A stretch of DNA of 64,000 nt from Octopus sinensis (Eukaryota), in NCBI RefSeq assembly GCF_006345805.1, contig NC_043003.1, positions 60,450,001-60,514,000 on the forward strand, read 5' to 3'. The notes below the pieces were generated by a model, which was not told the DNA's origin, ran no database searches, and saw nothing but the letters and a program-made list of their open reading frames with translations. Numbering within the stretch: the first letter of the stretch is position 1; each line of letters starts with the position of its first letter. The position numbers were made by a program, and so were the translations under genes. Positions 52,425 to 64,000 of the stretch are shown one piece after another.

Positions 52425-52882
52425 CCTTTCTATTATATGCACAAGGACTGAAATTTGTGGCAGGGGGCCAGTCGATTAGATCTAACCCAGTACATAACTG
52501 GTACTTAATTTTTCGACCCCGAAGGAACGAAAGGCAAAGTCGACCCCGGTGAAATTTGAACTCAGAACGTAGTGGCAGACGAAATACCACTAAGCATTTA
52601 GCCCGGTGTGCTAACGTTTCTGCCAGCTCGCCGCCTTGAAACCTATTTCTTTATTACCCACAAGGGGCTAAACACAGAGGGGACAAACAAGGACAGACAT
52701 AGGTATTAAGTCGATGTAATCGACCCCAGTGCGTAACCGGTACTTAATTTATCGACCCCGAAAGGATGAAAGGCAAAGTCGACCTCGGCGGAATTTGAAC
52801 TCAGAACGTAGTGGCAGACGAAATACCACTAAGCATTTAGCCCGGTGTGCTAACGTTTCTGCCAGCTCGCCGCCTTGAAACC
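52425..52882 (-). mobile_element. Two tandem tRNA-SINEs with identical 91-bp heads but different tails
   Basis: 52553-52643 is identical to 52792-52882; left copy has the B tail, right copy the A tail. Confidence 0.9.
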
Positions 52883-53170
52883 GTTAAGTAATGGCTTCAA
52901 TGAAATCGATTAACTCCTGGTTCAAAAATTGCAGATTTGGGGCCTGAATTACAAGCACTTAATGTTTGTTTCTTTTCTTTTTACCATATAAGTACAGGCG
53001 TAGGTGTTCCGAGTTCAGTCCCATTGCATGTCTATCTTGGGCAAGTCTCTTCTACTATTGTATTGTGAGTCGATTTGGGCGACGGAAACTGAAAGACCAC
53101 CATGTATATATATATATATGATATATATTACATATATTATTTTTATATTTATATATTATATATATTTTAT

Positions 53171-53218
<48 letters not shown>

Positions 53219-53239
53219 TATATAATATACATATATATC

Positions 53240-53665
53240 AAAATTGTGTTTATAATACTATTCCATATGTGATGTTATATTTGTATACCAACTATCCAAC
53301 ATACCTCTATCATCAGCTGCCCAAGGATGTCATTATGGTTTCGACACTTGGGTAGTCCCATTTAATCCATTCAATCCATTCAAAACAATACTAAATGAAA
53401 TGTTGTTTGGGAACAAACAAACCAAAGATACCACAACTTTCAAACACATTTGCCCTTTGTGCAACCGAATTGGTAAATAAATTCAATGAGTAAATTATAA
53501 CCAACTCCTAAATCGTAACTAAACAGCAATAAATCTATATATAAAAAAAAATACAAAATGGGACAAGAAGGCAAAACATTCAGAAGACGATACAAAAAAC
53601 ACGGACGGTCATTCAAAGCCTTTAATCTTCAGTCAAGAACCGGATCATCCTCGCAATTTCGGCTG
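53240..53665. mobile_element. Probable Penelope-type terminal-repeat remnant
   Basis: Bounded by (TA)n; contains tcatcag...gtttcg and tcttcag motifs, but no complete hammerhead fold. Confidence 0.3.
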
Positions 53666-53688
53666 ATATATATATATATATATATATA

Positions 53689-53761
<73 letters not shown>

Positions 53762-53919
53762 ATACATGGATATAGGATAGATAGATAGATAGAGATAGAT
53801 AGATAGATAGATAGATATATAGATAAATCGATCATGATAAATATTTGTATTACATCTGTATTATATATATATATATATAATATATATATTATATATATAT
53901 ATATATATATGAATATGTG

Positions 53920-54130
53920 TGTATTTGTGTCTGTATTTGTCCTGCAGCACCGCTTGACCATCGGTGTTGGTGTGTTTCTGTCCCATAGCATAGCGATTCG
54001 ACCAATAGAATCCGATACAATAAGTACCAGGCTTTTAGAAAATAAGTACTGGGTTGGATTCTTTCGGCTGTAAATTTTTCAAGGTGGTGCCCCAGCATGG
54101 CTGCAATCTAATGACTGAAACAAGCGAAAG
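53920..54130 (+). mobile_element. 3' half of a CORE-type SINE
   Basis: caccgcttgaccatcggtgttggtgtg...ccagcatggctgcaatctaatgactgaaacaag. Confidence 0.75.
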
Positions 54131-54660
54131 ATAAGCAATTTAGATGGATGGATTGTTAAAGTCTTGAGTGCATAGGACGAAATATCTTGTGGCTCTTGAA
54201 TCTCTGCAACCAACTTTGCCTGTCATATTTTCGTGATGGTACCACGAAAATATGACACGTAAAGTACCTGTGAATACTCGGGTAGATGCAATCAAGTAAC
54301 ACCTTCTTTCATAAATGGCAGTCTTTTGTTTAATTGCAAATTAATATGTCTATTGTTTAGTCCCGTTTGCTTTCAGGGCCTTCGATACCAGTAAAAGTAA
54401 ATAAGACTTGGCTTGAATTTTCGCAATAAAGGGAATTTCCATACCTATGAACCATGTGGTTATTTGGAATTGATTTCAATAACTTTGTAGAATTCTGAGT
54501 TTGGTTTTTACTCTTTTGCTGTCGTCGGTCATTGGACTGTTTCCATACTGATAGACCGACTTTAAGATCTGGGTCAGACAGAGGTTGTAAAAACATTAAT
54601 CCAAGTTGCCGTGCAGAATACTATGTTAGTAAATCAGAATACTATGTTAGTAAAAGTGAA

Positions 54661-54975
54661 GATTCGTGGCTTAGTGGTTAGGTATTCGGTTCACGATCGT
54701 AAGGTCGGGAGTTCGATTCCTGGGGACGCATTGTGTCCTTGAGCAAGACGCTTTATTTTACGTTGCACCAGTCCACACAGCTGGCAAAAGTGAGTTGTAC
54801 CTCTACTTCAAACGGACAGCTTTTTCAAACTCTGTGTAACACTGGATCTCCATGAGAACTATGTTAAGAGTACTCGTGTCTCTGGAGTACTCAGCCACTT
54901 GCACGTTAATTTCATGAGCAGGCTATTCTGTGGATCGCATCAGCTGGAACCCTCGTCGTCGTAACCGATAGGGGT
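54661..54975 (+). mobile_element. tRNA-derived SINE sharing the V-SINE head but with a different 3' half
   Basis: gtggcttagtggttagg...gagttcgattcc head, tgtgtccttgagcaagac, ...ctggaaccctcgtcgtcgtaaccg end. Confidence 0.75.
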
Positions 54976-55346
54976 GACACTTGTGTCAGTAAAACGAACG
55001 TCTTAAACATACAGCTAGTTCACTACGAAATGTGAGCATTACTTTCAACTGTTGATTCCTTCAATCAGACTCTGAATCCCTCAATTCGTCGTTCCCTTAA
55101 CGGCTGGAACAGTTGAAAGTATAACGCTGTCTCGTTTCTCAGTTTATATTTACTGCATTTCCTTTTCATTTTCGTCAACGACATTCATCTAATTGCCGGG
55201 AATAGTTAACATATGTAGTAATATTGCCGGCGATAGACTGGGTTCTCATTCATGCATTTATTTCTTATTTATATAATAATGTTGGATTGAACCCATGACC
55301 ATATGGTTGGGAAGCAAGCACCTTACCGCACAGCCACGCCTGTGCC

Positions 55347-55396
<50 letters not shown>

Positions 55397-55444
55397 GGGG
55401 GGAGAAAGAGAGAGAAATAAATAAATAGATAGATAGATAGATAT

Positions 55445-55522
<78 letters not shown>

Positions 55523-55764
55523 GCCTGCTCACCTAGCCAGCAGACTGGTATTATTCAAAAGCTACAACTGTGTGAGGATGGACATTTTGCAACCAGCATT
55601 GTATAACAGCTTTCAATAATCTGGTCAATACAGTGATACATACATACATACATACATACATACATACATACATACAGACATACATACATACACACACATA
55701 CATTCTTACATGCATACATACATACATACATACATACATACATACATACATACATGCAATTATT

Positions 55765-55982
55765 TCTACTCTAAGCATAAGGCCTTAAAAATTTTATCGG
55801 GGGGGGGGGGGCTACTCGCTTATATCGACCCCTGTGAGTAGCATGTACTTATTTCATCGACCCCAAAGGATGAAAGGCAAAGTCGACCTCGGCGGAATTT
55901 GAACTCAGAATGTAGCTGCAGACGAAATGCCGCTAAGAATTTCGCCAGGCGTGCTAACAATTCTGCCAGCTCGCCGCCTTAA
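55765..55982 (-). mobile_element. tRNA-SINE
   Basis: Near-consensus reverse-complement core and head. Confidence 0.85.
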
Positions 55983-56001
55983 CATACATAATACATTCAA
56001 T

Positions 56002-56425
56002 GGCGCATGGCTCACATGACAACGAGGTGTGTTGTGTAATTGACGAAAATGCTTCATTTCACATTGCTCCAGTCCCCTCGGCTGCTAATTGGTAACCCTG
56101 CGATGGACCAACGTCCTGCTCAGAGAGAATGATTCAATCTCGGTCACTTATACGCCTTGGAAACGGTGGAAAGTCGGTTCTCCTCTCAGGCTGGCGCAAA
56201 TAAGCTGGAGGACAACTGGAGACGTGGGTGATGACAGTAAAAACGGACGTGGAAGGGCAATCGGGCTCCCGCGTCTATGGTCTTTGATAACGGAACTAGG
56301 AATGGGTATTCACTATAACTTCCGTCGAATGTGGTCAGCATTCGTGAAGGACGTGGTGTTGGAGCCGGTTCAGCTCAGCCTTGGTGAATACCGCTGCAAC
56401 TACACATAAAATACAAATACATGAA
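56002..56425 (+). mobile_element. Degraded V-SINE fragment followed by an RTE-clade LINE 3' end
   Basis: ccctgcgatggaccaacgtcc V-domain; then ...RRMWSAFVKDVV...ggtgaataccgctgcaactac, resembling RTE C-terminus and tail. Confidence 0.55.
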
Positions 56426-57759
56426 AACCGGGTAATTGGCTCCACGAGACCTAGGCATCGTGGCAGAAATGTACAAATAATATCTAATCCAATAGAAATC
56501 GTGCAGTAGTAGCAGTGAAGTGAGGACACCTACAAATTCATTGGAATGGTTGGTTTCTTCCCGTCTTGTAACTGGGCAAACAGAAAACACCAACCACCCT
56601 AACTGGCTTCTAACCACTTTTAGAGAGTGTGCAAAGAGCAAATACTTTCCACCCAACAGCTTTATTAACTCAGCTAGTTACGATCGATTTTCGCTTAGCG
56701 TTCAAATACAACTGTGGTCAAATTTGTCTTTCTTCCCTCTAGAGATCGAATAAGTAAAGTATTATTTAAGTACAGGATTATGTTTATATGCTTACAAAGC
56801 ATCCCAGATGTGAACTGAATTATATTAAAACACTAAATATCAAATAGCAAATATCTAATATCATGCATTTCCGAATTCGCAACATAAGACTTTTCAACTT
56901 AAAAGGCCAATGTTAGCAGAAACATAATTAGCAAGACAGATAAGATTCCTAACACATCATTTGCTCCCTCGTCTTTTATTTATTCCAAGCCATCTTGCCA
57001 AAAGAGGAGAGAGAGAGAAAAAAACAGAAGAAATGCATACAAAAGCGTAATTATATGCAAAAAAAAATTAATTAATAAATATAATGTTTTCAGAGCGGAA
57101 AATAACAACAGTAACAAACAACAGCAACAACAATAATAATCTGGTGGTTTGAAATAATAATCAGTGGTTTATTTTTTTATATATATATTTTCGCTATTTT
57201 TCGCTATTTTGCTACATTTTTAATTTTATTTTTATTTTATTTTATTTTATTTTGTAATGGAAACTGCAAAGTGAAGTGAGTTGCTTGCAAGCTGCAATGC
57301 CATTTTCTATTTTGCAGGAAATTGCAAGTCTTTTAAACAGCGCTGCATTTCTCAATATCACGCAGCGATGTCTTTTCGTGGCCTTTTTGCCTTCGAAACA
57401 ACAGTGAAAACAGCTGCACATCCCTTCTATGTCTTCTAAACACATTCTTCTTTCTACCTGTTTTAACGCTCGTTTCTCGTTCCCACGTGTTGTGGTTGTG
57501 CTACATTCGAGGACAAACTAATCGATATAGAAAAAAAAAAGCCACAACTAATCAAATACTTTTAATTTCCACACATCAGGGTTGCTTTAAATCAAATGTA
57601 ATTTTTCGCAATCGTTATTGGAATACTTTTTTTTTTATTTTATTGATATTTTATTTGATTGATTTATTGTACTTTTATTTTTCTTTCTTTTTTTTACGTA
57701 GATTGCTGTTTCCTAGTTTATTAAAAGTGCTAATAGCGTTTTATATAAATAAATATATA

Positions 57760-61120
<3,361 letters not shown>

Positions 61121-61679
61121 TTTCTGTATATACTTACTGTACGGGCAAATATAATCTATATATTTATACATTTATCCATGTGGGGTTTTAGGAGTATATA
61201 TATGTACGCTGTGACGCACGCAGGGACTGGTGTTTGTATACGATGCTTCTTTACATAGAAATATGCATACGTTTTTTTATATAGCATGCACATTGATATA
61301 TACATAGTTGCAACAACGCGTACATACACATACATGTACATATACACAAACACATGCAAAGTGTTCGATGCTTATAATGTATTTTTCCTTGCCGCTTAGG
61401 TAAAAGATAGATAAAGAATAAAAGAGGAGCAAGGAAACAAATGGAAACACTGAGGTGTGGTACATGTAAAATGTTCAACCATGAGGTTTTGAGTTCAGTC
61501 CGTATGAGCGGCACGTTGGGCAAGTGATTTTACTATAGCTCCAGACTATATGTATGTATGCATGTATGCATGTATCTATGTATGTAGGTATGTATGTATG
61601 TATATATGTATTATGTATGTATGTATGTATGTATGTATGTATGTATGTATGTATGTATGTATGTATGTATGCATGTATG

Positions 61680-61884
61680 TACTCTTTACTCTTTTAGTTG
61701 TTTCAGTCATTTTACTGTTGCCATGCTGGAGCACTGCCTTTAGTCGAGCAAATTTCTGACATAAGGTATACTAAGTTAAGCCTAGTACTTATTCTCTTTT
61801 GACGTACGGCTAAGTTACGGGGACGTAAACACACCAGCATCGGTTATCAAGCGATGTTGGAGAGACAAACACAGACACACGATT

Positions 61885-61915
<31 letters not shown>

Positions 61916-62093
61916 CATATACATAACATATATAAGAGAGGTTTCTTTCGGCTTCCGTCTACCAAATCCACTCACAAGGCTTTGGTCGGCTCGATGCTAT
62001 AGTAGAAGACACGGGGATGCAAACATACCAGCATCGGTTGTCAAGCGATGTTGAGGGGGACAACACACACACTCTCACACACACACACACACT

Positions 62094-62137
<44 letters not shown>

Positions 62138-62545
62138 ATATATATATTTATAATATATATATATATACGACGGGTTTCTTTTAGTTTCCGTCTACCAAAT
62201 CCACGCGCAAGGCTTTGGTCGGTTCGAGGCTATAGTAGAAGACACTTGCCCAAGATTCCACGCAGTGGGACTGAACCCGGAACCCTGTAGTTGGTAAGCA
62301 AACTACTTACCACACAGCCACACCTGCGCATATGCATGTATATTTTTCTGTGTATTCATTTCTCCCCCATCTCCCCACTTCATATGAACTAATATTGGTT
62401 ACCTTGTCTTCGCGTAACTTAGGTATTTGGCGAAAGAGAGCCGACAGTGTAAGAATTAGATTTTACAAATAAATATTAGGGTCGGTTTGGGTAACTAAAA
62501 ACCTGTAATGCGTGTCCCAACATGGCCGCCGCCCAAGGGTTGAAA
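61680..62545. mobile_element. Nested or tandem CORE-type SINEs (two on minus 61680-62330, one 3' half on plus about 62395-62545)
   Basis: Repeated ttccgtctaccaaatccac..caaggctttggtcgg blocks; single head at about 62240-62330. Confidence 0.8.
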
Positions 62546-64000
62546 CATGTCAAAGATAATGATAAAAATAGTTTTTCTTTCAGTTCAGATATTTCTTTTG
62601 TTTCTTTTTTTTTTTTTTCATTTCCACCTTCTTTTCTATCTTAATATCGATGTATACAACTTTTCTAACATTTTAAAGCCCGTTTGAAGTGAACATTATG
62701 TTGGCTCATGATATTAAAGAACTCTATTCTTTTAGGAAATGTGAGCTTAAACATGAGAAAACTGGCTAACATTTTATACTCCATGAATTCCATCTGGAGG
62801 TGGAGGATTTGACCAATAGCTAGATTGCTACTCACGAGAATTGTATCCCAAATCAACTTGAAGAATACTTTGCTGCCGAAGTATTTGTACAATTTAAAAG
62901 AGTTCCAAAAATGTTAATTATTCTGAGTGGAACTTCCCGCCGATTTCTGAACAGTTTAAATATTATTCTCCAGCTTCTATAGATCTTGTTTGCACTCTAT
63001 ATTTCTAATTGTAATTTTACAAGCCCTTGGTCGGTCGCATTTTACAAGTCGAATATAGGAAGGTCCGAACTTGAGGTGGAACAAAGAAGCAGAGAAACAC
63101 TCCTGGAATTACCCTAATTCCAGATATGTATAATTTGTTGCGGTAGCTTCTTATGGGGCTGAATTTATAAGCCAAAAGCCATGAAGACACACGCAAAGAT
63201 TTGTGCATTTGTAGGTATATAAAAATACAAGTATTTATACTTTCATATTTTGTAAATGTTGAAAAGATACTTTTTTCTTTCTTCTGCGGTGGTGAGGGTT
63301 TATTTATATCCCTTCTCTGTAAGCGAGGTAGCCAAGCAGTTACACGCGCAGAAAGTTGCACTCATAAGTATACCTTATGTCAGAAATTGTGTAACTATTT
63401 ATGTGTGTGTATGTGTACACACACACACACACGTGCGCGCGCGCGCACACACACGTATATATTGGTATACATCAATATCTATAAACCCATATAGATGCAT
63501 ACAGCATATTATGAAGTTTTGTGGTTAATTGTTTATTATGTTATTATTATGGGCGAATTGAATGTTTGCTGCACGTATTTCCATCATGAGAGATTTGCAG
63601 GATGAGTTGTATTGAGCAGTGTCGAAGACAAACAACAACAGCAAATAAAAGATGTTATTTAGCTTGCTGAAGGTAATAAACTAAAATCAGTAACTGAAGT
63701 ACTAGACCGAGAGTCAGTCCTGATTTAATTAAACTTCAAGCTCCAAAATACTGGCACGGCACAATATGTGTACACATGGTCCTAATACCATGAAACGTGA
63801 TTCTTAAGTATGCTTAGGTATGGATTAATTAATTATGAGATAATCAACTTGCGTAAATAACTAATTTAATTAGACTTTAAGCTCCAGTAATGAATCACAT
63901 TGAATATTACTCCTTAGACACAAATGATACTTAAATGAAAACTTAAGTAAAAAACGGGTATGGAAAGACAAATTAAGAAGTTTTAATTAGACACTTAATT

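Noticed and set aside
53290-53365. Minus-strand GAAAC...CTGATGA as a permuted (type II/III) hammerhead
   Set aside because: No UH site or stem geometry fits; GAAAC lies in a hairpin loop and there is no GAAA downstream of the core

Overview
AT-rich, non-coding eukaryotic DNA, most likely an octopus or another coleoid cephalopod. That assignment rests on my recognition of the SINE families and the extreme (TA)n/(TATG)n/(AGAT)n load, not on a database search. Nearly all supplied ORFs are microsatellite translations or decayed transposon fragments. The window contains: (i) dozens of tRNA-derived SINEs of at least four types; (ii) decayed LINEs (a CR1-clade RT, an R4/Dong-like CCHC plus restriction-like endonuclease, an RTE 3' end); (iii) mariner remnants and MITEs; (iv) two Penelope-like RT/GIY-YIG fragments plus several Penelope-type terminal repeats. 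A few minus-strand splice-signal-bounded segments suggest the window lies in or between large intron-rich genes; none can be named. There are no rRNA, true tRNA or CRISPR loci. The most notable signals are: (1) about nine type-I hammerhead ribozyme motifs from about six unrelated families, with three families arranged as inverted repeats in which the antisense arm is always transcribed before the ribozyme arm; (2) SINEs that appear to insert repeatedly into the same regenerated target site, and into a fixed position inside other SINE copies; (3) a candidate 90-nt exon whose donor is the first unit of a (TATG)n array and is followed by UGCAUG motifs. SINE and LINE boundaries are approximate (+/-10-20 bp). 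Ribozyme and palindrome coordinates were read base by base.
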